Shown here: positions 1 through 11,051 of the stretch, piece after piece
How the letters are laid out: each line of letters begins with the position of its first letter
How positions within the stretch are numbered: position 1 is the stretch's first letter
Assembly (NCBI GenBank): GCA_902555965.1
Contig: CACDUM010000002.1
Coordinates: 353 to 64,352, forward strand
Length of the DNA stretch: 64,000 nucleotides
Origin: an uncultured Pelagibacteraceae bacterium
GTDB lineage: Bacteria; Pseudomonadota; Alphaproteobacteria; Pelagibacterales; Pelagibacteraceae
Reading direction: 5' to 3'
Made by a program: the position numbers and the translations under genes
The notes under the pieces: generated by a model
Database searches by the model: none
What the model was told of the DNA's origin: nothing
The model's input: the letters and a program-made list of their open reading frames with translations, nothing else

Positions 1-318
1 AGAAATATTGAGGAAATAAGTATAGGAGATTATGTGCTTTCTGGAGGGGAAACAGCTGCTCTTGTAGTTCTTGATAGTGTGTTAAGACTTTTGCCTGGAG
101 TTTTAGGTAATGATAAATCATCTTCAGAGGAAACTTTTGAAAATGGTCTTTTAGAGTATCCTCAATATACAAAACCTCAAATTTGGGAGGAAAAATCAGT
201 ACCAGATGTCTTATTATCAGGGGATCATAGCAAAATTAAAGACTGGCGTTTATCTCAATCTGAGGCTATAACACGCGTCCGAAGACCAGATTTGTGGCAA
301 AAATATAAGAAGGATTAA
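1..318 (+). CDS. trmD: tRNA (guanine37-N1)-methyltransferase, 5'-truncated by window edge
   Basis: Frame open from base 1; motifs [36 protein letters not shown]; upstream of rplS. Confidence 0.97.
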   Translation, partial: RNIEEISIGDYVLSGGETAALVVLDSVLRLLPGVLGNDKSSSEETFENGLLEYPQYTKPQIWEEKSVPDVLLSGDHSKIKDWRLSQSEAITRVRRPDLWQKYKKD

Positions 319-334
319 CTTGATAAATATTGAA

Positions 335-913
335 ATGAAAACGATTGAAGAAATAAATCAATATAATGTAAAAAAAATTCTTTCGGAAAAAAAGATTCCA
401 GAATTCTTTCCAGGTGATGTTGTAAAAGTTGGTGTAAGAATTACAGAGGGAAAAAAAGAGAGAATTCAGTATTTTGAAGGAGTATGTATTGCGAAAAAAA
501 GCAGAGATTTAAATTCTTCTTTTACAGTTAGAAAGATTTCTTTTGGTGAAGGTGTTGAGAGAACATTCCCACTATTTGGTACAGTAATCGACTCAATTAA
601 AGTTATTCGTTCAGGAAAAGTTAGAAGAGCTAAACTATATTACTTAAGAGATAGAACTGGTAAATCAGCTAGAATTGCCGAAAAAATAAGAAAGAAGATT
701 GGTATTGATATAGATGTAAAACCAGAAACAGTAACTGAAGAAAATTTAGCTCCTGTTTCAACAGAACCATCTGATAATAAAGAAGATGTAACTAAGGCAG
801 AGGCTAAGAAAGAAGAAACTCCTAAGGAAGAGCCAAAAAAAGAAGAATCAGCCAAAGTTAAAACAAAACCTAAAACTGAAGAAAAACTTGAAACTTCTCC
901 AGAAAAAAAATAA
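335..913 (+). CDS. rplS: 50S ribosomal protein L19 with long Lys/Glu-rich C-terminal tail
   Basis: [17 protein letters not shown] and [12 protein letters not shown]; ATG at 335 preferred to TTG at 320. Confidence 0.97.
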   Translation: MKTIEEINQYNVKKILSEKKIPEFFPGDVVKVGVRITEGKKERIQYFEGVCIAKKSRDLNSSFTVRKISFGEGVERTFPLFGTVIDSIKVIRSGKVRRAKLYYLRDRTGKSARIAEKIRKKIGIDIDVKPETVTEENLAPVSTEPSDNKEDVTKAEAKKEETPKEEPKKEESAKVKTKPKTEEKLETSPEKK

Positions 914-924
914 TTTTTTTTTCA

Positions 925-2328
925 ATGCCTAATACTCTTTACGACAAAATTTGGAAAGAACACTTAGTTGATCAGCAAGATGATGGAACAGCTTTATTAT
1001 TTGTTGATAGGCATCTCGTTCATGAAGTGACCAGTCCACAAGCATTTGAAGGTTTACGAAATTCTAAAAGAAAAGTAAGACACCCAAAGCTTACATTGGC
1101 CGTTGCAGATCACAACGTCCCAACTACTGATAGAACAAATGGTATTTCAGATAAAGAGTCTAAAATTCAAGTTGATACATTAGAAAAGAATTGTAAGGAA
1201 TTTGATATCCAACTCTTTGGAATGGAGGATAAGCGTCAAGGCATAGTTCATATAATTGGTCCTGAACAAGGATTTACTCAACCTGGAACAGTTATAGTTT
1301 GTGGAGATAGTCATACAGCTACACATGGAGCGTTTGGTGCTTTAGCATTTGGTATAGGCACCTCAGAGGTTGAACACGTACTAGCAACACAAACTTTAGT
1401 GCAAAAAAAAGCAAAAAATTTCAGAATTAATGTTAATGGAAAACTTCCGTTAGGTGTTACTTCAAAAGATGTAATTTTACAAATAATTGGAAAAATAGGA
1501 ACAGCAGGTGGAACAGGATGTGTTATTGAGTATGCTGGTGATTTAATCAGATCATTGAGTGTTGAGCAAAGAATGACTATATGCAACATGACTATAGAGG
1601 GTGGAGCAAGAGCAGGTTTGATTGCACCAGACGAAAAAATTTTCAAGTATTTGGAGGGAAAACCCATGTCACCCAAAGGTGAAAAATGGGATAAAGCTTT
1701 AGCGTACTGGAGAAGTTTAAAATCTGATGATGGTGCAAATTTTGATAAAGAAATAAGTCTTCAAGCTAATGAAATTTCACCGATGATTACCTGGGGAACT
1801 TCACCTCAAGATGTCATTACCATTGAGGATAAAGTACCAAACCCAGACAACGAAAAGGATGAGGATAGAAAAAATTCTATTGAAAGAGCTCTAAAATATA
1901 TGGGTTTAAAACCTGATATGGCTGCTAAAGATATTAAGATAGATAAGGTTTTTATAGGTAGTTGCACAAATGGAAGAATTGAGGATTTACGAGAAGCAGC
2001 AAAGATTTTAAAAGATAAAAAAATTGCCTCTCATGTGCATGCAATGGTTGTTCCAGGATCTGGTCTAGTGAAAGAACAAGCAGAGCAAGAGGGTTTAAAT
2101 AAAATATTTGAAGAGTCTGGTTTTGAGTGGAGAGAACCAGGATGTTCTATGTGTTTAGCGATGAATGCTGATAAATTAAAACCAGAGCAAAGATGTGCAT
2201 CTACATCAAACAGAAACTTTGAGGGAAGACAAGGTAGAGGTGGAAGAACACACCTTGTGAGCCCAGGAATGGCAGCTGCAGCAGCAATTTCTGGAAATTT
2301 GGATGATGTAAGAAAGTATCAAAATTAA
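925..2328 (+). CDS. leuC: 3-isopropylmalate dehydratase large subunit
   Basis: [43 protein letters not shown]. Confidence 0.98.
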   Translation: MPNTLYDKIWKEHLVDQQDDGTALLFVDRHLVHEVTSPQAFEGLRNSKRKVRHPKLTLAVADHNVPTTDRTNGISDKESKIQVDTLEKNCKEFDIQLFGMEDKRQGIVHIIGPEQGFTQPGTVIVCGDSHTATHGAFGALAFGIGTSEVEHVLATQTLVQKKAKNFRINVNGKLPLGVTSKDVILQIIGKIGTAGGTGCVIEYAGDLIRSLSVEQRMTICNMTIEGGARAGLIAPDEKIFKYLEGKPMSPKGEKWDKALAYWRSLKSDDGANFDKEISLQANEISPMITWGTSPQDVITIEDKVPNPDNEKDEDRKNSIERALKYMGLKPDMAAKDIKIDKVFIGSCTNGRIEDLREAAKILKDKKIASHVHAMVVPGSGLVKEQAEQEGLNKIFEESGFEWREPGCSMCLAMNADKLKPEQRCASTSNRNFEGRQGRGGRTHLVSPGMAAAAAISGNLDDVRKYQN

Positions 2329-2933
2329 TGCAAAAATTTTCTACATTAAAAAGTATTCCAGCATATTTACCAATAGTAAATATCGATACTGATATGATTA
2401 TCCCAAAGCAGTTTTTAAAAACAATTAAAAGAACTGGACTTGGAAAAAATTTGTTTTTTGAAATGAGGTATGATGATAATGGAAATAAAATAGACGATTT
2501 TATATTAAATAAAGATCCTTTTACAAATTCAAAAATACTGATAGCAGGAAAAAACTTTGGTTGTGGATCCTCAAGAGAACACGCTCCATGGGCATTATTA
2601 GATTTTGGTATTACATGTGTAATTAGCTCCAGTTTTGCTGATATTTTTTATAGCAATTGTTTTAAAAACGGAATTTTACCAATTATTGTTGATGAGGAAA
2701 AAATAAAAGAGTTGTCTGAATATGCTAATAGAAAAGAAGAAATTTCAGTAGACCTTAAAGAAGAAAAAATAGTTTATGGTAATAATGAAATTAAATTTAA
2801 AATAGACTCCTTTAAAAAGAAATGTCTTCTTGAAGGTTTAGATGATATTGCGCTATCTTTAAATAAGTCTGATAAGATAAAAAGTTTTGAGCAAAAATTA
2901 AAAAGCTCTAAGCCATGGATTATAAGTGATTAA
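2328..2933 (+). CDS. leuD: 3-isopropylmalate dehydratase small subunit
   Basis: [24 protein letters not shown]; TAATG overlap with leuC. Confidence 0.98.
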   Translation: MQKFSTLKSIPAYLPIVNIDTDMIIPKQFLKTIKRTGLGKNLFFEMRYDDNGNKIDDFILNKDPFTNSKILIAGKNFGCGSSREHAPWALLDFGITCVISSSFADIFYSNCFKNGILPIIVDEEKIKELSEYANRKEEISVDLKEEKIVYGNNEIKFKIDSFKKKCLLEGLDDIALSLNKSDKIKSFEQKLKSSKPWIISD

Positions 2934-4032
2934 GGTAAAAAAGAGAAAGATACTATTACTTCCTGGAGATGGTATTGGTCCCGAAGTTATCGGTGAAGTA
3001 AAAAAAATTATCAGTTGGTTCAATGATAAAAAGTCTCTAGATTTTGAGATGGATGAAGATTTAGCGGGAGGATGCTCTTACGATAAGCATGGTACACCGA
3101 TTACAGATGAGGTTTTTTATAAAGCATTAGAAAGTGCAGTTGTTATGTTAGGCGCTGTAGGAGGACCAAAGTGGGATAATGTTGAGTTTTCCAAAAAACC
3201 TGAGAGAGCACTTTTAAAACTAAGAAAAGAATTAAAACTATTTGCTAATTTGAGACCGGCGATATGTTTTAAACAATTAGTTGATGCCTCAACATTAAAA
3301 CCTGAAATTGTTTCAGGTTTAGATATTATGATTGTAAGAGAGTTAACTGGAGGAATATATTTTGGTGAGCCTAGAGGAATTAAACCAATAGAAAATGGGG
3401 AAAGAAAAGGGATTAATACTCACACTTACACAAGCAATGAGATTATAAGAGTTGCTAGAGTTGCCTTTGATTTAGCAAAAAAAAGATCAAACAAAGTAAC
3501 TTCTTGTGAAAAATCAAATGTTATGGAGGCAGGCCAACTTTGGAAAGAAGAGGTTCAGACATTACACGATAAAGAATTTAAAGACGTTGAACTAAGTCAT
3601 ATGCTTGCAGACAATTGTGCTATGCAGTTGTTGAGAAATCCAAAGCAATTTGATGTAATTGTAACAGATAATTTGTTTGGAGATATGTTATCTGACCAAG
3701 CCTCAATGTTGACTGGATCATTAGGTCTTTTACCTTCTGCATCTTTAGGTGCAAAAAATAAAGATGGAGAGATGAGGGCTATGTATGAACCTATTCATGG
3801 TTCGGCTCCAGATATAGCTGGTAAAAGTATTGCTAATCCAATAGCTACAATTTTAAGTTTTGCTATGGCCTTGAGATATTCATTAGATTTAGATAAAGAG
3901 GCAGAAGCTCTGGAAAAAGCTGTACAGGATGTATTAAATGATGGTTTAAGAACTAAAGACATTTTATCAAAAGGTACAAAAGAGGTGACTACATCACAAA
4001 TGGGTGATGCGATCATTTCAAAATTGCAATAA
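2926..4032 (+). CDS. leuB: 3-isopropylmalate dehydrogenase
   Basis: [41 protein letters not shown]. Confidence 0.98.
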   Translation: MIKVKKRKILLLPGDGIGPEVIGEVKKIISWFNDKKSLDFEMDEDLAGGCSYDKHGTPITDEVFYKALESAVVMLGAVGGPKWDNVEFSKKPERALLKLRKELKLFANLRPAICFKQLVDASTLKPEIVSGLDIMIVRELTGGIYFGEPRGIKPIENGERKGINTHTYTSNEIIRVARVAFDLAKKRSNKVTSCEKSNVMEAGQLWKEEVQTLHDKEFKDVELSHMLADNCAMQLLRNPKQFDVIVTDNLFGDMLSDQASMLTGSLGLLPSASLGAKNKDGEMRAMYEPIHGSAPDIAGKSIANPIATILSFAMALRYSLDLDKEAEALEKAVQDVLNDGLRTKDILSKGTKEVTTSQMGDAIISKLQ

Positions 4033-4058
4033 TTAATTAATTATTTTAAAATCAAATT

Positions 4059-5822
4059 ATGCCAACTTATACTGCACCCGTTGAAGATATGATGTTTCTT
4101 TTTGAAAAACTAAGAAACAACAAAGAGTATAATGAATTGGAAAAATACAAAGAAGTTACCCCAGATTTAGTAAAAGACATTCTACAGGAAGCAGCAAAAA
4201 TAAATCAAAATTTAATTTTACCATTAGCTAAAGTTGGAGATGAAAATCCTGCAATTTTAGAAAATGGAGTTGTTAGAACGCCTCCGGGTTACAAAGAGGC
4301 TTATAAAAAATATATTGAGGATGGTTGGACATCTTTATCATGTGATCCAAAATATGGGGGTCAAGGTATGCCAAAAACAGTGAGCGCATTTTTTGATGAA
4401 ATGCTATCCTCTGCTAGCCTTTCTTTTAAACTCTATAGTGAACTTAGTATTGGTGCTTATAATTGTATTAATCATCATGCTAGCGATGAAATAAAAAATA
4501 AATATTTACCAAAAATTGTAGAAGGTAAGTGGAGTGGAACAATGTGCTTAACTGAGCCAGTATGTGGTACTGATTTAGGGCTACTAAAAACAAAGGCTAA
4601 AAAACAATCTGATGGTACATTCAAATTAACTGGACAGAAAATTTTTATTACCTCTGGTGATCACGATTTAACTGAAAATATTATTCATTTGGTTTTAGCA
4701 AGAGTGGATGACTCTCCGGCTGGCACTAAAGGTATCAGTCTGTTTTTAGTTCCAAAGTTTATTGTAAAAGAAGATGGGAATGTTGGTCCAAGAAATGGAA
4801 TATCAACTGGTTCTATCGAAACAAAAATGGGAATTAAAGGATCAGCAACTTGTGTTCTTAATTTTGATGAAGCAACTGGCTACATGATTGGTGATAAGGA
4901 AAAAGGTTTGAGTGCAATGTTTACGATGATGAATCTTGAGAGGATCGTTGTTGGGATACAGGGTTTGGGTATATCAGAGATTGCTTATCAAAATTCACTT
5001 TCATACGCAAAAGAAAGAAAGCAAGGTAAGTCGAATAATTCAAAATCTAAAAATGGTGCTGATTTTATAATTGAGCATGCAGATATTAGAAGATCGTTGT
5101 TAAATATGAAATCTATTATTGAGGGCGAGAGAGCCTTATGTTTTTGGTTATCTCAACAAACTGAGGTAAGCCTATATCATCCAGATGAAAAAGCTAGGCG
5201 GGAGGCATCTGATTATGTCTCATTAATGACTCCAGTAGTAAAATCCTTGTTTACAGATTTAGCAATGGAAATCACTAGCGATGCAATGCAAATTTATGGT
5301 GGGTATGGTTATACTAAAGATCAAGGAATAGAACAGTTATATCGAGATAATAGAATCACACCAATTTACGAGGGCACGAATTCTGTACAAGCTGCTGATT
5401 TAGTTTTTAGAAAATTATCAAATAAGAACGGGAATGTAATTAATAAATTTTTAGATCAGGTTAAAAATGAATGTAATTCTAACAACGAAAAAATAAAACC
5501 ATTCATCTCAGATTTTAACAATTATTTAGATATATTAAAAAAATTTAGTGATTGGATGATTGAGAAATCTAAAACAGATAAAGATGATGTAAGTGCTGCT
5601 GCTAATGATTATCTTAAAACTCTTGGATTTGTTTCGATTGCTTATGCATGGATAAAAGTACTAGAGGTAAGTTTTAAAGATTATAATGAAAATAAAAACT
5701 TTTATGATGACAAAATTGATACTGCTAGGTTTTATTTTGATAAAGTTCTACCAAGAGCTGAACAACATTACAAATCAGCAATTTCTGGAAGCTCCAATAT
5801 TATGAATTTTAAATTCAATTAA
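4059..5822 (+). CDS. dmdC: Acyl-CoA dehydrogenase, probable 3-methylmercaptopropionyl-CoA dehydrogenase
   Basis: GTMCLTEP, GQKIFITSG, KMGIKGSAT, QIYGGYG, PIYEGTN; clustered with dmdB and dmdA. Confidence 0.88.
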   Translation: MPTYTAPVEDMMFLFEKLRNNKEYNELEKYKEVTPDLVKDILQEAAKINQNLILPLAKVGDENPAILENGVVRTPPGYKEAYKKYIEDGWTSLSCDPKYGGQGMPKTVSAFFDEMLSSASLSFKLYSELSIGAYNCINHHASDEIKNKYLPKIVEGKWSGTMCLTEPVCGTDLGLLKTKAKKQSDGTFKLTGQKIFITSGDHDLTENIIHLVLARVDDSPAGTKGISLFLVPKFIVKEDGNVGPRNGISTGSIETKMGIKGSATCVLNFDEATGYMIGDKEKGLSAMFTMMNLERIVVGIQGLGISEIAYQNSLSYAKERKQGKSNNSKSKNGADFIIEHADIRRSLLNMKSIIEGERALCFWLSQQTEVSLYHPDEKARREASDYVSLMTPVVKSLFTDLAMEITSDAMQIYGGYGYTKDQGIEQLYRDNRITPIYEGTNSVQAADLVFRKLSNKNGNVINKFLDQVKNECNSNNEKIKPFISDFNNYLDILKKFSDWMIEKSKTDKDDVSAAANDYLKTLGFVSIAYAWIKVLEVSFKDYNENKNFYDDKIDTARFYFDKVLPRAEQHYKSAISGSSNIMNFKFN

Positions 5823-7439
5823 ATGAGTCATTACGATACTAATTTAGATAAGAATAGTGCAAATTATGTTCCTTTAACTCCTTTGACTTTTTTGAAGAGA
5901 GCAAAAGAGATTTATCCTGATTATGAAGCAATTATCTATGAAGATCGTAAATACACCTGGGCTGATGTTTACAAACGTACCATTAAATTTGCAAGCGCCC
6001 TTAATAAAATTGGAATTAAAAAAGGAGATACTGTCTCATTTTTAGCTTTCAACACACCTGAAATTTTTGAGGGACATTACTCTGTTCCTATGTCTGGTGC
6101 AGTATTAAATACAATTAACATAAGATTAGATGCTAAAACTATTGCTTATATTTTAGAACATAGTGATGCTAAAGTTCTTGTTGTTGATAGACAATTACAC
6201 ATAGAAGTTAAAAAAGCGTTAAACACTTTAAAAAAGAAAATCACAATTATTGATATAGTTGATAAGTTTGCAGACCAATCAAAGTGTGAAAAAATTGGTG
6301 ATCTAGAATACGAAAGTTTTTTAAATACTGGTGATGAAAATTTTGATTGGAAAATGCCAGAGGACGAGTGGCAAGCAATATCATTGAGCTATACATCCGG
6401 AACTACTGGAAACCCTAAAGGCGTTGTTTACCATCATCGGGGATCATATTTAATGTCCACGGGTAGTGCAGTCGCCTGGAACATGCCAAACAGACTTAAT
6501 TTTTTAACTATCGTCCCAATGTTTCATTGCAATGGATGGGGTTATCCTTGGACTATACCTATGTTAAATGGAAGAACAATTTGTTTGAGAAATATAGATG
6601 TAAAAAAAATATTTGAATTAATAGATAAACATAATGTTACTCACTTTGGCGGAGCGCCTATTGTACTAAATATGATCACTGGTGCACCAGAGTCTGATAG
6701 AAAAAAATTAAAGCAAAAAGTGTACGTCCTTACTGCAGGAGCTCCACCGCCAAGTATAATTTTCAAAAAAATGAGAGAACTTGGTTTTGAAGTTATGCAT
6801 GTTTATGGATTAACTGAAACTTATGGACATGTAACTCAATGTGCGTGGAATGATGCTTGGAATGACTTCGATGAGGAAAAGCAGAACGAAATTAAAGCAA
6901 GACAAGGAGTTAGATATCCTAATACAGAAGGGATTGCTGTGATGGATCCAGAGACAATGACTGAAGTTCCAAAAGATGGAAAGACGATTGGTGAAATAAT
7001 GATTAAAGGAAATGTAGTCATGAAGGGTTATTTTAAGGATAAGGATGCTACAAATAAAGCAATGGCTGGTGGTTGGTTTCATTCTGGTGATTTAGCTGTC
7101 ATGCATCCAGATGGATATGTAAAAATCCAGGATAGGTCTAAAGATATAATAATTTCTGGAGGTGAAAACATATCCTCTATAGAAATAGAAAACACTCTTG
7201 CAAAACATCCCTCAGTATCTATTGCAGCCGTTGTAGCTAAACCAGATGAAAAATGGGGAGAGGTACCTTGTGCATTTATTGAGATGGTAAAGGATAAACC
7301 AACAACCGAGAAAGAATTAATTGGTTTTTGTAAAGAAACCCTCGCAGGTTTCAAAGTGCCAAAACAAGTTGTTTTTTGTGAACTACCTAAAACATCGACA
7401 GGAAAAATTCAAAAATTTGAATTGAGAAAAAAATTTTAG
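5823..7439 (+). CDS. dmdB: AMP-dependent acyl-CoA ligase, probable 3-methylmercaptopropionate-CoA ligase
   Basis: YTSGTTGNPKG, YGLTE, FHSGD, LPKTSTGKIQK; position in dmd cluster. Confidence 0.88.
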   Translation: MSHYDTNLDKNSANYVPLTPLTFLKRAKEIYPDYEAIIYEDRKYTWADVYKRTIKFASALNKIGIKKGDTVSFLAFNTPEIFEGHYSVPMSGAVLNTINIRLDAKTIAYILEHSDAKVLVVDRQLHIEVKKALNTLKKKITIIDIVDKFADQSKCEKIGDLEYESFLNTGDENFDWKMPEDEWQAISLSYTSGTTGNPKGVVYHHRGSYLMSTGSAVAWNMPNRLNFLTIVPMFHCNGWGYPWTIPMLNGRTICLRNIDVKKIFELIDKHNVTHFGGAPIVLNMITGAPESDRKKLKQKVYVLTAGAPPPSIIFKKMRELGFEVMHVYGLTETYGHVTQCAWNDAWNDFDEEKQNEIKARQGVRYPNTEGIAVMDPETMTEVPKDGKTIGEIMIKGNVVMKGYFKDKDATNKAMAGGWFHSGDLAVMHPDGYVKIQDRSKDIIISGGENISSIEIENTLAKHPSVSIAAVVAKPDEKWGEVPCAFIEMVKDKPTTEKELIGFCKETLAGFKVPKQVVFCELPKTSTGKIQKFELRKKF

Positions 7440-7447
7440 GTAATTGA

Positions 7448-8224
7448 TTGATATTTGAAATAGAAAATAAAACTATTCATGCATCTGATGCAGGTCAAGG
7501 CATAGATCCAAAAAAACAAACAATAGTATTTCTTCATGGAAGTGGCCTTTCACACATAGTTTGGTCATTAACTGAACAATTTTTTTCGAATAAGAATTTC
7601 AATGTATTGTCCATCGATCTTCCTGGTCATGGAAATTCAGATGGACCATGTTTAGATACCATAGAAAAAATTGCTGATTGGTTAGAAAGTGTATTTAAAA
7701 AATTGCAATTAAAAAATTTGATTTTAGTTGGTCATTCTCAAGGATGTTTAGAAATACTTGAATATGCTTTTAAATATAAAACCAGAGTAAATAAAATAGT
7801 TTTCGTTGGCGGCTCAAATAAAATGCCAGTTCATCCTGATTTAATAGAACTTGCAAATAATGGTGACTCTGATGCTGTAAAATTAATGATGAAGTGGGGT
7901 TATGAAGGCTCAAAAAAATTTATTGGTGGTAATCCAGTAGAAAAAATAATTCAGTCCCCAAGAGATATTAGTGAAATTTTAGCAGTTGATTTAAATGCGT
8001 GTAATAACTACTCAAATGGGTTAGAGGCAACAAAAGTTTTAGATCTTCCCACGTTACTTATTTTCGGAGAGTTAGATAAAATGATCAATTTAGATGCAGG
8101 GAAAAAATTTTCAAATTTAGTAAAAAACTCATCTACTCATGTAATTCAAGGTTGTGGTCATATGATAATGATTGAAAAAGCATTTGAAATGAGAGAAAAG
8201 ATTTTGGAATTTTTAATTAAATGA
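7448..8224 (+). CDS. Alpha/beta-fold hydrolase of unknown substrate
   Basis: FLHG, DLPGHG, nucleophile elbow GHSQG, GELD acid, CGHM histidine; TTG start; overlaps dmdA start. Confidence 0.9.
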   Translation: MIFEIENKTIHASDAGQGIDPKKQTIVFLHGSGLSHIVWSLTEQFFSNKNFNVLSIDLPGHGNSDGPCLDTIEKIADWLESVFKKLQLKNLILVGHSQGCLEILEYAFKYKTRVNKIVFVGGSNKMPVHPDLIELANNGDSDAVKLMMKWGYEGSKKFIGGNPVEKIIQSPRDISEILAVDLNACNNYSNGLEATKVLDLPTLLIFGELDKMINLDAGKKFSNLVKNSSTHVIQGCGHMIMIEKAFEMREKILEFLIK

Positions 8225-9330
8225 AAAGTTATCCGATAGCAAAATCAAGAAGAGTTAGAAGTACACCCTATACTTCTAGAATAGAGAAACAAGGTGTTAC
8301 CGCTTATACTGTTTATAATCATATGCTTTTACCAGCAGCTTTCGGTTCCTTGGAAGAGTCTTGTGATCATTTAAAAAAGAATGTTCAAATTTGGGATGTA
8401 GCTGCAGAAAGACAGGTTGAAATTTCAGGCAAAGATGCTGCAAAACTTGTACAACTCATGACTTGTAGAGATTTATCGAAATCCAAAGTAGGAAGATGTT
8501 ATTATTGTCCTTTAATCGATGAAAATGGAAATTTGGTAAATGATCCTGTTATTTTAAAATTAGCTGAAGATAGATGGTGGATATCAATTGCTGACTCTGA
8601 TGTAATTTTTTTTGCAAAAGGACTTGCTTCAGGAAATAAATTTGATGTCAAAATTTTTGAACCAATCGTAGATATCTTAGCGGTTCAAGGTCCTAAATCT
8701 TTTGATTTAATGGAAAAAGTTTTTGGTGAAAAAATAAAAGAGTTAAAATTTTTTGGATTTGATTATTTCACTTTTAATGGGGCAAAACATTTAATAGCTA
8801 GATCTGGTTGGTCAAAACAAGGTGGTTTTGAAATTTATGTTGAAAACACTGAATCAGGTTTGAAGTTATACGATCATCTTTTTGAAATTGGTAAAGAATT
8901 CAATGTCAGACCTGGATGTCCAAATTTAATAGAAAGGATTGAGAGTGGTTTACTTTCTTATGGGAATGATTTTGATAACAATGACAATCCATTTCAATGT
9001 GGTTTTGATAAATATATCGATTTAGAGACCGATATAAACTTTTTAGGTAAAGATAAACTTAAAAAAATTAAAGAAAAAGGAATTGATAGAAAGCTAATGG
9101 GTGTTCAGATAGATTTAACCAAGATTCTTTTAACTAGTTCTTTAAACATCAAGAATAATGATGGAAATATAATTGGAGAACTAAGATCCGCTTGTTACTC
9201 GCCTCATTTTAAAAAAGTTATTGGTATTGCAATGATAAAAGAACCATATTGCAAAGCATCTTCGTCCGGAACAATAGAAATTGATGGAAATTCTTTAGCT
9301 CTTAAAGTTTGCGATTTACCTTTCATCTAG
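8221..9330 (+). CDS. dmdA: Dimethylsulfoniopropionate demethylase (GcvT family)
   Basis: [52 protein letters not shown]. Confidence 0.96.
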   Translation: MKSYPIAKSRRVRSTPYTSRIEKQGVTAYTVYNHMLLPAAFGSLEESCDHLKKNVQIWDVAAERQVEISGKDAAKLVQLMTCRDLSKSKVGRCYYCPLIDENGNLVNDPVILKLAEDRWWISIADSDVIFFAKGLASGNKFDVKIFEPIVDILAVQGPKSFDLMEKVFGEKIKELKFFGFDYFTFNGAKHLIARSGWSKQGGFEIYVENTESGLKLYDHLFEIGKEFNVRPGCPNLIERIESGLLSYGNDFDNNDNPFQCGFDKYIDLETDINFLGKDKLKKIKEKGIDRKLMGVQIDLTKILLTSSLNIKNNDGNIIGELRSACYSPHFKKVIGIAMIKEPYCKASSSGTIEIDGNSLALKVCDLPFI

Positions 9331-9345
9331 TATAAAACTTAGATC

Positions 9346-10353
9346 ATGAATATTGCAATTGTAGGAGCAACAGGAAATGTTGGTAGAAAAACATTGGAAA
9401 TTTTGGAGAAAAAAGAATTTTCCATAGATAATTTATATTTAGTTGCGTCCTCAAAAAGTGTTGGAAAAAAAATTGGTTTTAGAGGTAAGGAAATGGATGT
9501 CCTTGATTTAGAAAATTTTGATTTTTCAAAAGTTAATATTGCTTTTTTTGCAGCGGGTGGAAAAATTTCTGAAAAATTTGCTGAAAGAGCAGCCAAAAAT
9601 TGCTTGGTAATTGATAACTCTAGTTTTTTTAGAATGGATCCAGACGTACCTTTGATAGTTCCACAAGTAAATTCAGATGATCTAAAAAAAATTAAAAAAA
9701 ATATTGTTGCAAATCCGAATTGTTCAACAGCTCAATTAGTGATTGCTCTTAAACCTTTACACGATCTATTTATTATCAAAAGAATTGTTGTGTCTACTTA
9801 TCAATCAGTTTCTGGAGGTGGAAAAGCTCCCATGGATGAACTTATTGAGCAAACTAAACTAGTTTTAGATGGTAAAAAAGTATCATCTAAAAATTTTACA
9901 AAACAAATAGCTTTTAATGCCATCCCTCATATCGATCAATTTGCAGATGATGGTTATACTAAGGAAGAGTTAAAAATGATGAACGAAACTAAAAAAATTT
10001 TAGATAGCAAAATTAATTTAACGGCAACATGTGTGAGATTACCAATCTCTGTTTCTCATTCTGAGTCAGTCAACTTACAATTTGAAAAACCTTTTACTCT
10101 GGAAAAGGTAAGAGATGCTTTGAATAATTTTGAAGGTTGTAAAGTTATTGATGAAAGAAATGATGGCGGTTATTCAACTCCAATTGAAGCAGAGGGAATG
10201 GATGAAACTTTTATTTCAAGAATAAGAGAAGATAAAACAATTAAAAATGGATTAAACTTATGGATCGTTTCAGATAATCTTTTGAGAGGCGCGGCTTTGA
10301 ATGCAGTAGAAATTGCAGAAACAGTAATTAAAAACAATTACCATGGAAAATAA
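9346..10353 (+). CDS. asd: Aspartate-semialdehyde dehydrogenase
   Basis: VGATGNVG, IDNSS, ANPNCST, STYQSVSG, DNLLRGAALNAV. Confidence 0.97.
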   Translation: MNIAIVGATGNVGRKTLEILEKKEFSIDNLYLVASSKSVGKKIGFRGKEMDVLDLENFDFSKVNIAFFAAGGKISEKFAERAAKNCLVIDNSSFFRMDPDVPLIVPQVNSDDLKKIKKNIVANPNCSTAQLVIALKPLHDLFIIKRIVVSTYQSVSGGGKAPMDELIEQTKLVLDGKKVSSKNFTKQIAFNAIPHIDQFADDGYTKEELKMMNETKKILDSKINLTATCVRLPISVSHSESVNLQFEKPFTLEKVRDALNNFEGCKVIDERNDGGYSTPIEAEGMDETFISRIREDKTIKNGLNLWIVSDNLLRGAALNAVEIAETVIKNNYHGK

Positions 10354-10726
10354 AAAACCATTATCCCCTCACATACAAGTTTATAAATGGCATATTTCGT
10401 CTTTAGTATCTATTTCACACAGAATTACGGGCATAATAAATATAATTGGGATTACATTAATTTGTTTGTGGGCATCTTTATTATTATTAGGTGAAAATAG
10501 TTATGAGGCTGTTAATTTACTATTAAATTCTCAAATTGGAAAATTTATTACTTTAGGTTTGACCTGGTCTTTTTGTTTTCAAATTTTAAGTGAGATTAGA
10601 CATTTGATAATGGATTTAGGTTATGGATTTGAACTTAAGACAACTAAAATAACTGGTCTATTAGTAATCATAGGGTCAATCTTTTTAACTATAATTTTAT
10701 ATTTGATTGGAAAAAATTTATTTTGA
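10343..10726 (+). CDS. sdhC: Succinate dehydrogenase cytochrome b556 subunit
   Basis: PLSPH...SISHRITG, IRHLIMD; three hydrophobic segments. Confidence 0.95.
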   Translation: MENKKPLSPHIQVYKWHISSLVSISHRITGIINIIGITLICLWASLLLLGENSYEAVNLLLNSQIGKFITLGLTWSFCFQILSEIRHLIMDLGYGFELKTTKITGLLVIIGSIFLTIILYLIGKNLF

Positions 10727-10727
10727 A

Positions 10728-11051
10728 ATGATTGCTGCAACAAAAAAATGGATTTTTTTAAAAATTAGTGGAGCAATATTAGTTCCATTAATGGCCTGGT
10801 TTATTCTAAGTTTTATAAGTATTTATGATCAGAGCTATTCAGAAGTATTGGAATTTTTTACGAACCCATTATCTAAGTTTTTATTTAGCTTATTTATTAT
10901 TACTGCATATTTCTTTTCAGCATTAAGTATTAGTGAGGTTTTTGAGGATTATATAAAAGATTATAAAATCAAAAATGTCGCAAATGGTTTTTTGTACGTA
11001 TCAGCTGTGGTAATTCCATTAATTACAATTATATTATTAATTAACTTATGA
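10728..11051 (+). CDS. sdhD: Succinate dehydrogenase membrane anchor subunit
   Basis: Small hydrophobic ORF with VFEDY between sdhC and sdhA; ATG at 10728. Confidence 0.9.
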   Translation: MIAATKKWIFLKISGAILVPLMAWFILSFISIYDQSYSEVLEFFTNPLSKFLFSLFIITAYFFSALSISEVFEDYIKDYKIKNVANGFLYVSAVVIPLITIILLINL

